This document shows, piece after piece, positions 50,188-64,000 of a stretch of DNA of 64,000 nt; positions within the stretch are counted from its first letter, which is position 1; each line of letters opens with the position of its first letter. The notes under the pieces are model-generated. The model had not been told where the DNA came from. It did not search any database and was given only the letters and a program-made list of their open reading frames with translations. The stretch is taken from the NCBI RefSeq assembly GCF_009914755.1, contig NC_060928.1; one strand, written 5' to 3'. This stretch comes from the human T2T-CHM13v2.0 reference genome, Homo sapiens. The translations under genes and the position numbers were made by a program.

Positions 50188-51997
50188 GAAATTCTACTTA
50201 TTTCATTTATTCTATGTAACTCACTCTGCTTTCTTGAATATGCTAATCATAATTATTTTAATGTATTTGTCTCTTGGTTCCAATATATAGATATCTGTAG
50301 TTCAGTTTTTATTTATGTTTTTATTATCATAAAATATATATAACAAAATTTTATCATTTAACATTTTAAGTGTATAGTTCAATAACATTAAGTGCATTCA
50401 CACTCTAGGTGTACAACCATAAGCTTTCATTTTTAAAAATCTTGATTATTTGCCACATTTTCTGCCACTTTGCATGCCTAAACATTTTTTCCCATATGCA
50501 GAATCTTGACCTCAGCTTTTTAGTTTCCTAAGTGTGCAGCTTCAGTGGAAATGTCTTGAGAAAGATATTAATATGCTTTATTGCAGGTCCCTTCTCTCTG
50601 GTAGGATTTTGCTGTTTTTCCCAATTTAGCTTTTCAGCCTACTGCGCCATTCTGAAACTCAGCAAGTGTCTTTTGGGGAAAACAGGCTTTGCGGTTGGGG
50701 CTCTAGTCTTAACCTGTTATGCCAGCCCTGACTAACCGCTAAAAGCTCTAAAAGTGTTAATACTTCCTCCCCACTTCCATGGCATTTTCCTGCTTATAAT
50801 CTAGTTAGCTGCCATAGAAGAAATCAGCAAATATCCAGATTCCCCCAGGGAAATGAAAGCTCCCCCATGTGACTGTGGAACTCCCTATTATCTCTCATGC
50901 CTGAATGTGATTATGATGCCAGTAACAGAATTTTCTGATGGTATTCTCACCCTTCTTCCAAATATGCCCCAGTTAGAGGAGCAGTTGTATTGCTTGTTTC
51001 AAATAATCAATGAGCAAATAGCCAAGGGTAATTTTTAGTGATAGACTTCCAATTTCCTTAAAATGAGTTCCAAGAGACTGGTAATATTTCATAAAATTTT
51101 AAGACTACAGATCCCAATATCCCTGTTCTTTCCCCTGTTTTGACTGCAGTCTTGGGTCAGAGGACAGAAACTCGGTGGCTTGCTGGAGCAACAAACATAA
51201 GTGAGTCTCTACATGCCCTGAGAGCCAGCTGACCTCAAAGATAATACATTTATTTTTAGATTATAATACCATGGGATGCCTATCACATTGTTACTCCCTT
51301 GCTTATGTTACTCTTGCTTCTGACATTATAAGTTATTGAATACTAACTACATATCAGGCATTGTACTAGTTACTTCTTGTGGGCAATATATTATTCCTCA
51401 TCATGATTTTATGAGATATGTATTATTTTCTAAACATGTGGTAGAGCCAGGATTTGAACCCAGGCAGTCTGTCATTATGGCCCAGGTTTATTCTCTATAA
51501 ACTATACGTCCTCCTGCTATATTAAACATGCAACAAAAGTCAATTAGCATTGTCTGGAGGAGCAGGGATAGGTGAAATGCAAGAATTCGGGCATTATTCA
51601 TAAGCTGCGTGCAGGAGCAGATGAAGAGGCTTTTGAATAGAGACCTCTCTTTCAAAAGAGACAGTTACATACTGTTCTGAGGAGTGAAATTCAGTATGAC
51701 TGGGGAGTATAAAGTGAGAGGTGAGAGTCATAGTAAGAGATATGGCTGTAAGGTATGGGCAGTGAGATCATGATGTTAGGGTTTGGGGCTTCATCCCATA
51801 GACAATTGGTAAGCTGCTGGAGGCTGTGCAGCAGGGTGGAGCCATACTGTCTACAGGATAAACAGATATTAGGGAAGTAACAAGGTTGACAAGCAGAACT
51901 GTAAGAAGCTCTTAGCAGAAATTGAGATAAGAGTAAAGTCAGATATTTCAACTAAGGCAGCTATTGGGGTGTTAGTTAAACTGATTCAATAACCGTC

Positions 51998-52249
51998 TTT
52001 TTTTTTTTTTTTTTTGAGACAGGGTCTCGCTCTGTTCCCCAAGCTGGCATGCAGTTGTGTGATCACAGCTCACTGCAGCCTCTACCTGCAGGATTCAAGC
52101 GATCCTCCCACCTCAGCCTCCTGAGTAGCTGGGACTACAGGTGTGCACCACCTTGGCCAGCTAATTTTTTGGTAGAGACAAGCTCTCACTATGTTGCCCA
52201 GGCTGATCTCAAACTCCTGGGCTCAAGCAAACCTCCTACCTTGGCATCT
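51998..52249 (-). mobile_element. AluJ (5' end missing) within L2 remnants (~51700-52560)
   Basis: gagacagggtctcgctctgt...gatcacagctcactgcagcc...ctcctgggctcaagc. Confidence 0.88.
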
Positions 52250-52699
52250 TTAAGTTTTAACTATTTAGAACTTAATATTGAGTGGCTTTGTGTTTAATTG
52301 GGTGAGGAGGATAAGAGGGAGGCTAAAGGTTGCTTCCAAAGTTTTCAGCTTGAATGACTAGGTAAAGAGTGGTTCTGTTTATAGAGATGGGAAATGAAAG
52401 AAAAATCACATGCTTCATTTTAGATTTGTTAAATTTAAGGTTTCTCTGGAATATGCTAGTGGAGAGGTCAAGGAAGAAGATGGACTCTTGAATTTGGGAC
52501 TCAGAAGGGGAATCGAGACTGAAGACAGAGATGTGGCAGTCATCTGTCTGCCTGTACATGGAGCAAATAGAAGTGTCCACTCTATCCTAATGGATAGCAA
52601 TCAGGAGAAAGACAGGACTGTAGTATCTTCAGATTGTATAAACAGGCGCTAGAAGGTCTCTAAGTCTAGTTGTGAGAACTGGAGAATGGAGATGACCTA

Positions 52700-53150
52700 G
52701 TCCATATCAAATCAATTAAATTCCAGGTTTTGGTAATATCCAGCTGTGGCCTTCTAAGAGATTGTTTTGCCCAGAACCTATCCCTTTTATTGGAGTAATT
52801 TGCTCTCTGTCAGTGGTGGCACTCAGAAGACATAGACTTTGTTATGTGACCATTAATTTTGACTATGGCTGATTAGCTCATGCATGGACACTGGATACAA
52901 CTTCAGGCCTTCTAATTCTTCTCAGGAGAAACACAGAAGACTGGGTGCTAGAAGCTTAGCCCTATTAATAGAATTCTTGAGTGAGAATCACCAAAAATCT
53001 CCTGGGGTCCACTGAACTGCCTGGTTTCCCACCTTTTCTGATGCCTGGAATCTGTGAGGCTCCCCAGTATCCCTCAGATAAATTCTCTTGTTCTATGAAG
53101 ATATTCTAAAGTGGGTTTGGGATACTTGCAACCAAAAGAGTCTTAATTAG
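52700..53150 (+). mobile_element. Old MLT1 (MaLR) LTR
   Basis: 3' end gataaattctc...gggtttgggatacttgcaaccaaaagagtcttaa. Confidence 0.55.
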
Positions 53151-54610
53151 GACAGCCTTGAAGTGTCTAATTAGGGAATCATTAACAGAATGAAGCAAAG
53201 GCTGAGGCTGAGCTGAGCTGGCCAGGGACCAAGATAAGCGGCTTTGCAAGTCTCTCTGTGACACAGTGAAGACTGTGGTGACTGCACTTGCTAAAGCCAT
53301 TGCATATAATTTGGCTTCAAATGACTAAAGGGGCCCTTTTGTGCATGGCTAATCATGTGGGGATGTTTAGTACAAAGCTAAATATGCCCTTCAGTCCTGC
53401 CACGCTTTCTCATAAGTGAGATGTGAGCTTGAATTGTCTCTTCCAGACAAATCCTGCTGCTTCATTTTTTAACAAACTATCTGTCTAGTGTAGAAGGGAT
53501 TCAATTATCCCTTCACCTTAAAAATATGCCAATGGATGGTGTCGGCCTTCTGTGGCTTGGAGCAAACTCATGTTACACAAATCTGTTTCTCATTTATGTG
53601 TTCAGTTAAATCACCAGGGTTGTTTTTTTTCCCTCATAGGATGTGGCAGTACAGAAGGCTGACACCTTTTTTATTTGGGCATTCTACTCAGATCCTGGAC
53701 ATAGGGAGGAAGGAGAAGAAAGTACTTGAAAATGTTGATGTCTTTCTTTATTGGACAAAAGGCCCCAGAATAAGAAATGATGGAAGAAGGCATTTTTAAG
53801 TACTCAGTCACTTTCTATGTCACTAGACTCATATCTTATTAGTTGGTATGATTTAGTGAGTCATATAGTAATGTTTCTAATGTACTACCTTTGGTATAAA
53901 TTGTAACTGATGCAAAATATAGTTTAAAAGAATAAACAAGGAAATGCTATGTCATAAGAAAGAAAAAAGATTTTAGTAATGTAATACTTAAATAACTTCA
54001 ATAGAGATTTAAGGATTTATTTGTATACATTTCATAGATTTGTTTAATGATTCTGCAAAATTCCATAGCTAGTGAAAAAAAAAAAAAAAACTACTAGAAC
54101 CCAGAAATAGCATATAAGTTGTTCCCTCAAGACATGAGATGGTCAATGAGATACCTAATTAGCATCATTATTTATCTGGGAAAACTTTAAAGTACACAAT
54201 TTGATAATATATACTAAGTAGTATAGTAATAGTAAATAAAAATCACTTTGGCTCTATGTAGAATATTTCCTATTGGTAAGCAGGGTTGAAGGAGATACCT
54301 ACATATATGGTGTCTTGAGTGGAGGAATTCGAACACAGAACCTGGTTTAAGCTGGTTTTTCCTAAACACACCCTGGAGAGAATGACTCTTCAGTACCATT
54401 TTCCTGGATCTCCTGAGCAATTCTTTTTGTTTGTTTGTTTATACTTTGTCTTCCATTAGACAGCATTATTTTGCTTTCAACCATATAACCCTAACCAATA
54501 CAAATACGGTAGAAGGCACTCATGATCAAAGAGAAAGAGCCCTAAAATCAGAATCTCAGAGTGAGGTTGTACCTGGGGACCACGATGCATTGGTATCTTT
54601 GTGGATCTGG

Positions 54611-55843
<1,233 letters not shown>

Positions 55844-58801
55844 ATGAGTAGAAAAATTAGAAAACGAATATGTAATATCTAACTCTGTAGAGCCCTCTAT
55901 TTTAGAAAAGAAACTTGGTAGATTTGTTCTAAGATTTGATCGCTAGAGGTCACCAAAGTCACAGAAATTATCAGTATTTTTTTCTTTCCGTTTTTGAGTC
56001 ACAGGCGGATGTCTCTGGCCTCTCCCATTATGCAGTGCATTTACTGGAAGACCTTTTGCTGCTTAGTCTTAAGGAGAGTAAACTGTTTGGACTAGTTTTT
56101 TCTAATATTAAATATTCCAGGAAACAGACAGCCATCTATCTATGGGACTATTCAAAACAGATGGGTGTTTCTAGAGAATGTGATTTATTTCCTTCTCTGA
56201 TACCAAAGGGCCTATTGGTTGATACCTGCTGAATGTGAGTTCTGAGTAATGTTGTTGAGACAGAACCACAGAACACCCAGCAGCAGCACACACCGTTTCA
56301 AGTGAAACAGCATGGACCATTTCAAGGAAAAAACATTGTGCCTTTACTGGTAACATGTCTGGTGTAGGAGGGCTCCAATGAAGCAGAACATTCAAGAACA
56401 CCCATTGCATCTTTTAAATAACAGACCACACTACCTTTTGCATGTTAATAATTCTCCATTTTTTTTTATTGAACTCAACATTAGCCTAAATCCCCAGACC
56501 CTAAATTTGTGGAGATTCAAAAACAAACAAGATTGGAATCCTGAAAAGACTCAATGAAACTGTCTCAATTTAAGAGATGCTTCTAGCAGAGATAGAAAGA
56601 TATAATAGCTAATTTCAGTTTTTTTAGCATGCTCACATTTTAGGGAGGCATAATTCATATTAAAACTTTCTAATTCTGTAATTAGACAAGATGTAGCCTG
56701 TAGAAGATGAATATTTGTCAGGAGTTAAATGCAGCTAACAAAGATGCAACAGGCAAGAAGCCTTTCACATTTTCAAGGTTTCATTTACCAATAGCTACAT
56801 TATTTCCCTGGTTATGTAGATAAGTTTGTGTTTAAATGGTCTCCTGCAGAAACTAAGTAAACCATTTTTTTTCCCATAAGACCTCACAGTGCTTAGATAC
56901 CTGACAAATCCAAAGTTAAGGCTTTGGTACAAGCCATAACCTAAAAGACTCAAGCCAATATCAACGTGACACATTTTGCATTTAGGCTTGTTCTTTATTC
57001 AGTGGACTTCATTTGACTTTGATCTTGGTTAACTTTGAAGTATGCAAGGTTCCCACTTTCCATAAGGGTTTTTTTTTTTTTCCAGTTAAATCAGACAGGC
57101 AGGCAAAGGAAATCTAAACCTTGAAAGAAGTGAAAACAACTAGACACAGTCAGTGATATATTTTCACTACTTTGTTTAAAACAGCACATTGCCATACTTA
57201 AAACACTTCACATCAATGAGTTATTTATTAAGTTTTAAATATAAGTCACATTTTCCACTGTATCTTAGGAGACACATTTGAAAACATGTTGGGAATCTGT
57301 TGTATGATTTGTGTGAAAAGTTTAGTTAAATGCAAAACTACAGATTGTAGTTAATGATGTACTATTACCATGAAATAGCCATTAACTTAAAGGAAATATT
57401 TATATAGGAATTACAATATATGACATTTTATATCTGAAAGCTGGATCTCTTATGGAATTTTATAGACTATGGATTTCAAAATCTACTAGAAACTAGGATT
57501 CACATATGTATTTATAAAATGATCCAGACCCACATCTCAAACATTCATTAATTTTGTTTCACCCTTATCATGTTTTAGATTTATGGAGCTATTTCTTATC
57601 ATGAAGTGAACTTCACTTAATAATGAAGTACATATACACATGCACACACATAAACGTGCATGGGTGTGTACAAATTTATTATTTGGAACAAAAATAGAAT
57701 CATATATGTATCATTATAAAATGTGTCATAAAGGATATTAAGAGAAAAAACTTCTTTTTTGAGAGATTTAAAAATTCAACCCAGCCAGGTATCATTTCTC
57801 TCTTTCATGATACCTCACTTACCCTAGTTATTCTCTTCTCTTAAGTCTGCAAACTGGAACTTCCCTCTATTAAAGAAAGTAGTAAATTTGTGTTATGTCA
57901 GATTAACAGCAGGGGGTCCTGAAGTCAGTACACGTTACTATTTCAGCCCTATTCTAGAAAGAAGCAAAAATTTGAATTACATTTCAAGTCATCTAGAAGG
58001 GCTAAATTCTCTTTGGAGTAAGTCTGACCCTGTCAAATTACAAATCTAATATTGTTTTTGGACATACAGTCTGACCAGTGACTCATGTAAGAACTGTTAC
58101 AGTTGAGTTACCAACTGTGGTCTTACAAACCATTTTGGAGTAGAATAAAAACTCTCCATGGATCTGGAGACAACATGTCTCATTCCTGCACCAGCTCTTT
58201 ATCTTCCTATGGACATCTGGAAGAAAGCCCCCAAAATATTTACTTGTATATTTCTCTATAATTATATATATATATGTATAAAATTAAGAAGTTGAGGAAA
58301 TAAACTTTAAAGAAGAGGATTTTGAGATGTAACAGTGATGTAGACTGATATGTGTAAGCCTCCTCTACAAAAATTGTTACTATACAATGAGACATATGGT
58401 ACAGGCTAAGCCTCCCATGGCTTTGACTGTGTTCTTTGGGAATGACACTGGAAACCACCCTAGCAGGTTGGAATGTCAGGTGCAGACTCTGGATTTGGGG
58501 TCTCAATATTCTCAGGTGAAATCCTAAAGCTGTGTGATACTAGACAAGATATTTAACTTATTTGAGCCTCAATTTCATCATTTATGAAATGGAGATAATA
58601 CATGCCTAGAAGGTCTGTCATGAATATAAAGTCAGAGTGTAAATGCAAAGCACTGACATAATATCTAGCTTGAAATAAATGTTTAATTAAAATTTGTGTC
58701 CTTCCACAGAAGGTTGTCGTAGGATTAAATGACTTGACATTTATAAAAGTGCTTTGAAAACCACAAAATGCTACTCAAGTATTAGACTTCATTAATGTTA
58801 T

Positions 58802-60541
58802 TTTAAATTTGTGTTTTATATGCCCTTATTCTTTTGGGAAACTTTAGCCAACAAAATAGATTGTCCAGAATTGATACAGAAATCCTACCAGATAATCCAA
58901 AGTCAAATTTAAGAGAGTATTCATTTTCCCCCAAGAAAAATTTTATGATAATTAACAAAGAGCTAACTTTATTATTTGGAATAACTACCAATTAGCTTCC
59001 TCTAGACACCAAAATGCTGCAGAAGAAAATATATCAGGTGGGGGTGGGGAGGGCAAGAGAAAGAAAGAAAAGAAGGAAAACAAGGGCACTGGGACAGTTT
59101 ACTATAGGAATGACTGAACATGGACTGTGACTTTAATTACTTTAAGGCATGAAAACTAATTTTAAAATGTAGTTTAGTTTGAAGGACACAGTTATTCAAC
59201 ACCTATAATTAGACAAATACCACTAAATAGGCCTGGAAAAGGCTCTTTGGGCTGAAGATACACTTTCAAGGAGCAGGAAGCTATTCCTGAAGTTCCCATG
59301 TGTGTAGTAAAACTTCAGCTCATGTGGACTAAGTTATACATCCATCCTGGCAAATGCCGACACCCCTGGAGGGTTAGACCCTAATAATTCAGTTCCCTGG
59401 TAAAAACAGTGTTGTATACACCTGCGGGAGCACTAAAACTAGGGACTGAGTGTGTAACCACTAGAGCACAGACTATATTATATATAGTCCTCTCCTGTGA
59501 GCAGGAAGCAAATAGAATTCGTTAAATCCAAGTTAATACTCTGTGAAGACGTTTCTTCATAAATCAGGGCCCTAATGTGCAGTGACTTGTTCGAAGTCCT
59601 AGAAGACATCATAGAAGAATCAAGATCATAAGTCAATGTGATACAGGATTACTAGGCAACAAGCCACAAGAGAAGAAACAGCATCTAGGCTGAGAGAGCT
59701 TACTATGAAGTCAAACCAGCCTCTTTCTGTCTCTCTGTGACTTTGATCAACTTGTTCAAATGACAAGCTTCAATTTCTTCACCTGGAAGAGGACAGTAAT
59801 CATGAATACCTTGCAATGTGGGTATGAGGCTGAAATGAGAAACTGTATGTAAAGATTTTAGCACTCTGATACAACAAGTAGCTATGACCATGAATAATAT
59901 TTTTAAACAAAATACTCACAAAAATACTCTATCACATAGATAGGGGCCTGCAACCAAGGGGCCTTTTGTGGAAATATGTTAGGAATGCAGGGGCTGTCCT
60001 GAAGAATGTTCTGTGCTAACTTTAACCGGGAGTGAAAAATGACTGCTTAGATAACAAGAACCAAACAAAATGGGAATCTTATTCTAATATGCTCTTTGAA
60101 TGTCTCTTCAAATAATCGTTACATTAGGCTAAGTAGAAACAGCCTCCAGAAGCTGCATCTTTGAACTGTGACAATTGTCTCTGTGCCAATAGAACTTAAA
60201 CATACTATTGGTTTTTAGCTCTAGAGAAGGTATTCTTTTAAAATGTACTTGATTCTATTTTGCATTAGTCATCTAGGGGTGCTGCATTAAGCATGCTATA
60301 TTTCAGTAAATATCTGTAAAATACATTTAAACCTGTATTTGATCTGCATTTAGTTCTTTTCAGGAACTACAGCTAACAAAGTAGATGGCCAGGAATTGAT
60401 ATGATAATCCTACTAGTTAATGCAAAGCCACATTTAAGTGAGTGTCCATTTCTCTCAAAGAAAAAAATGTATAGTAATTCACAAAGAGTTAACTTTATTA
60501 TCTGGAATAACTACTGTCTTTCTTCCTGAAAACACCAAAAT
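58802..60541 (+). repeat. Diverged direct duplication of ~215 bp (58802-59015 and 60326-60541)
   Basis: Colinear similarity throughout; best block 32/34 identical (58955-58988 vs 60481-60514). Confidence 0.85.
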
Positions 60542-61517
60542 TCTCAAATGCATGCAACTACTGAAAGGCATGGGAAAAGGATGTGTCATCATCAATCTGT
60601 CACTCTTCCCCATAGCCTACACTTTGCTGCTGTCTGAGTTTGCTTTCAGTCCTGCAGCCTGTACCACATCTACTATGAAATCTGTGGGGGCAGGTATGGG
60701 GTTTCCTGGTAGAAGGTAAAATAAAAGCCCAGCTATACTGTAGAAGACATGTTCTGAGAGAGGTGGAATGGAATGGGATGATTCTTCTCCCTCAAGGCAT
60801 ATTTGTCCTGATACTGCTGATACTGAGGCAGTAGCAATGGGGCCTGAGAGGAGAGGGAGGAGTAAAGATATGGAGTAGAGTTTATGTAAGAGTGTGATGA
60901 AGGGGCGGGTCTAAGATGACTTTCAGGTTTCTGGATTAGTAGAGTGTAGACTGGGAGGATGTTGGTGCTATTTTCTGAGATAAGAAGGAAACAGGAAGAG
61001 AACAGATATAAAGGGAAAAATATAAGCTGGTATTGAACAGGCTGAATCATCACATATAACCAGTAAGCAAATGGATAGAAAGATCTAGTTATTTTTTAGA
61101 CTAGTATTTAAATGGAGGCAATAAACTACAGAGCACTATGTATCAAGGACAGTTTGTGATATAAACAGATACAATTTAGTCATGTCATAGATCTGCCTTT
61201 TGTGAGCAATAAAATTTAACTCTTTGGGACTACTCATTATTAGTACAATACATTTGGGAAACAATATGGTAATAAATATCAAGAACCTTAAAATATTACT
61301 ATTTTATTTAATAATTTTACTTCTAAGATGCTATGAAGCTAATCATAGATGTAGACAGTATACAAAACATGTATACTGCAATAATTAAAGGAGCAAAACA
61401 TTGAAATCAACCTGGATATCCAATAATAGGATAGTAAAATAAATCATGATACATCTGTGGAACAGACTATTAGTCAACCATTAAAAATAGTTTTCATGAA
61501 CAGTCTTTAAAGATGTG

Positions 61518-62012
61518 AGTGCTTCAGTTTTCTCTTGCTGCACAACTAATTGCATCAAAACATATTAAATTAAAACAACACACATATATTATGTCACCCA
61601 ATTTCTCAGGATTGGGTGGTTCTGGCTCAGCATGCCTCCTGAGATTTTAGTCATGCTATTGACAAGGGTTATGGTTTTCTCAAGGCTTGACTGGGGCTGG
61701 AGAAGCCATTTCCAAACTCATGCATATGGTTTTTGGCAGGCTTCATGGCTGTTGGCTGGAGGCTTCAGTTCCTCACCATGAGAGCCTTGTTGTAGTGCTC
61801 CTTACAACATGACAGCCTGTTTCACTCAGAGTGAGAGATGGGACAGAGAACCCACTATGGAAGCCACTGTCAGTTATAGCCTATTGATCTCACAGACCAA
61901 TCCTGGTGCAACATGGGAGGAGCCACATTTAAATCAGTGTCCATTTCTCACAAGGGTGTGAATACTAGGAGGCAGGAATCATTCAGGGACATCTTGGACT
62001 CTGGCTACCACA
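61518..62012 (-). mobile_element. MLT1 (MLT1F/G-like) LTR inside an L1ME 3' fragment
   Basis: acaagggtgtgaatactaggaggcaggaatcatt...catcttggactctggctaccaca terminus. Confidence 0.75.
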
Positions 62013-63722
62013 GTAAGTCAATGCTTTTGATAAAGTGTTAAGTGAGCAAAATAAAGAATATATGTATAGCTTAATTATTCAAAAAATGCAAAGAAGGCAA
62101 TGTAAGCATACCAGAATTTTAACTATGCTTATATTGGTTGCATGACTATAGTTTGTTTCAATGGTTTTATATAGTCTTTGATATTTCATAAGAATTTTAT
62201 GATTAGAATGTATTTTATTATGTTCTTTCTAAATGTTAAAGAAGCTTAGAAAACACATTGAGTTATTAATTTTAATTACTTTTACATTGCGTATGAAGAT
62301 GTTCAATAAAACTCAAGTCCTCTACTAAAAAAAAACTGAAGTATTTTACTAATTTAATATAACTAGTTAAGCTTAGGACCAAGAGATTATAATTTGACTT
62401 CTTTTTAAACAGTTCCTTATGTTCCCTAGCATAAGTATTTTATAGATATTCAAACATAATAACTAAACCCCTAGGTCGATGATCATTAAAATATTTTTGC
62501 TATTCAGTTTGCCCACTTTATAAAAAGGTACTATGTGCCAAGGCTAAACATTCTCTAAGGTAACATTTGAACTCTAAAATTCATTGATTTTTAGAAGATA
62601 TTTATTAAATAATAAGTATTTAAAGCACAGTACTTTCTTAGTCAGCTGTACTGCAGTCCAAGATTCATGAGGAATTTAAAGGTGTTTTTGGAAAGAGAAG
62701 TTGGTGCAGATGTTTATTTTTCACTTGCACCATGAAATCTAGGCCCTGCCTAAGCACAGTGGAGGTTGGCATTTGGAGATGTGAAAAGCAATACGGTTTT
62801 CTGCAGCATTCATTGGGTTTCAGTAGCCTGCTACATGGAGTGGCGCATATTTGTGAATTCATTTAGTCCTGAGCAGTGTCTATAGATACCCCAACAAAGA
62901 TCTTTCCTGGTGTTTGAATGTTTACTGGTATTTCCTTCTGCAGGATGTCCGCTCTGCTTGTCTTACCGCATGAGAGAGTGCAGATGTTCCTGAAAGCATC
63001 TTTGCGTGGATTTGCTTGAAGCGAGATGTGAGAGAAGGGGCAAAGCTCGAAGGGAGCTGCTAGAGAGAGAGGAAAGCAGCTGGACAGGGCTTTCCTGATG
63101 ACTGAAATGTAAGCCATTCTCTAGGAAACAAAGTCACTTTCTTTTCTGAGAACAGGCACTTGCCGTCACAGAGGCCAGAAATGTGCTAGAATTCTTTCAA
63201 ATTTTCAAGATCTCAATGTCTCCATTATGACAACACTCTTGGATAGTCTGTTTGTTCCTGTGAGGTGGCTCCAACATATTTTTCAGTGTCTGAAACATAG
63301 GAGACCTGGAGATAGGAAAGGTATGTTCAAGGAGAAAGAAAGATCTGATTTCACTCCAAGCAAGTAAGGTGAATTCGTGATTATAAAATCTAGGCAAAAC
63401 AACTCTGTAAACATATCTCAAATGCTACTCACATGATAAAACTACTGTGAAGAGATTTACAACCAGGCCCCTAGGATGTAGGTGACTACAGGTGCAAACA
63501 AAATATTTAAATGTTTAATTACCTGTGGTGCATTGTACTCTTGAGAGTGACTAGGGGCTTCCTTAAAGATGGAAAATGCTGAGATCTGCCCCAAGGATCT
63601 GAGGACTTAATAAAAGAGGGAGAAATGGTTTGAGGAGATTACTGTCAAAAAGACTGAGTCAAACAGACAAATTTAGAACATGCATACACTATGATGATAA
63701 ATAGATTCTAAAGGGAAAGCGT

Positions 63723-64000
63723 GGCCGGGCACTGTGGCTCATGCCTGTAATCCCGCACTTTGGGAGGCCGAGGCAGGTGGATCACCTGAGGTCAGGAGTT
63801 TGAGACCAGCTTGGCCAACGTGGTGAAACCCCGCCTCTACTAAATATACAAAAAGTAGCTGGGCGTGGTGGTGGGCACCTGTAATCTCAGCTACTCAGGA
63901 AGCTGAGCAGGAGGTTGCTTGAACTGGGGAGGTGGAGGTTGCGATGAGTCAATATCCTGCCACTGCACTCCAGCCTGGGCAACAGAGTGAGACTCCATCT
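63723..64000 (+). mobile_element. AluSx-like, cut by window end
   Basis: ggccgggcactgtggctcatgcctgtaatccc...ggatcacctgaggtcaggagtttgagaccag. Confidence 0.92.

Noticed and set aside
60438-60719. 93-aa ORF with a faint resemblance to a Calx-beta motif (TVFLPENTK)
   Set aside because: Too short and vague; frame not preserved in the paralogous copy.

Overview
Human (or very close primate) genomic DNA from the glycophorin (MNS blood group) cluster. The minus strand carries the 5' part of GYPA: the erythroid promoter (~22063-22145), exon 1 (CDS 22008-21972), a 19,992-bp intron 1, and exons 2 (1979-1881), 3 (1174-1079) and 4 (146-108); exons 5-7 lie off the left edge. The spliced CDS reads [90 protein letters not shown], i.e. 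the N allele (Leu20/Glu24) with Ala13. None of these exons appear in the ORF track. The remaining ~42 kb is upstream intergenic DNA dominated by a ~23-kb nest of LINE-1 elements, plus Alu, MIR, L2 and MaLR repeats; the long ORFs in the track are L1 remnants or noise. Best leads: a candidate recursive splice site in intron 1 that regenerates the exon-1 donor over 15 nt; exons 2 and 3 as a tandem duplication whose introns are far better conserved than the exons; an out-of-frame uORF overlapping the GYPA start codon; candidate plus-strand exons crossing the promoter; CTCF and GATA/E-box motifs; a TSD-less L1 junction suggesting a deletion; an extended L1 ORF0; and a diverged ~215-bp local duplication with a templated insertion. 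Repeat subfamily names are from recalled consensus sequences, not a search, and boundaries of old repeats are approximate.
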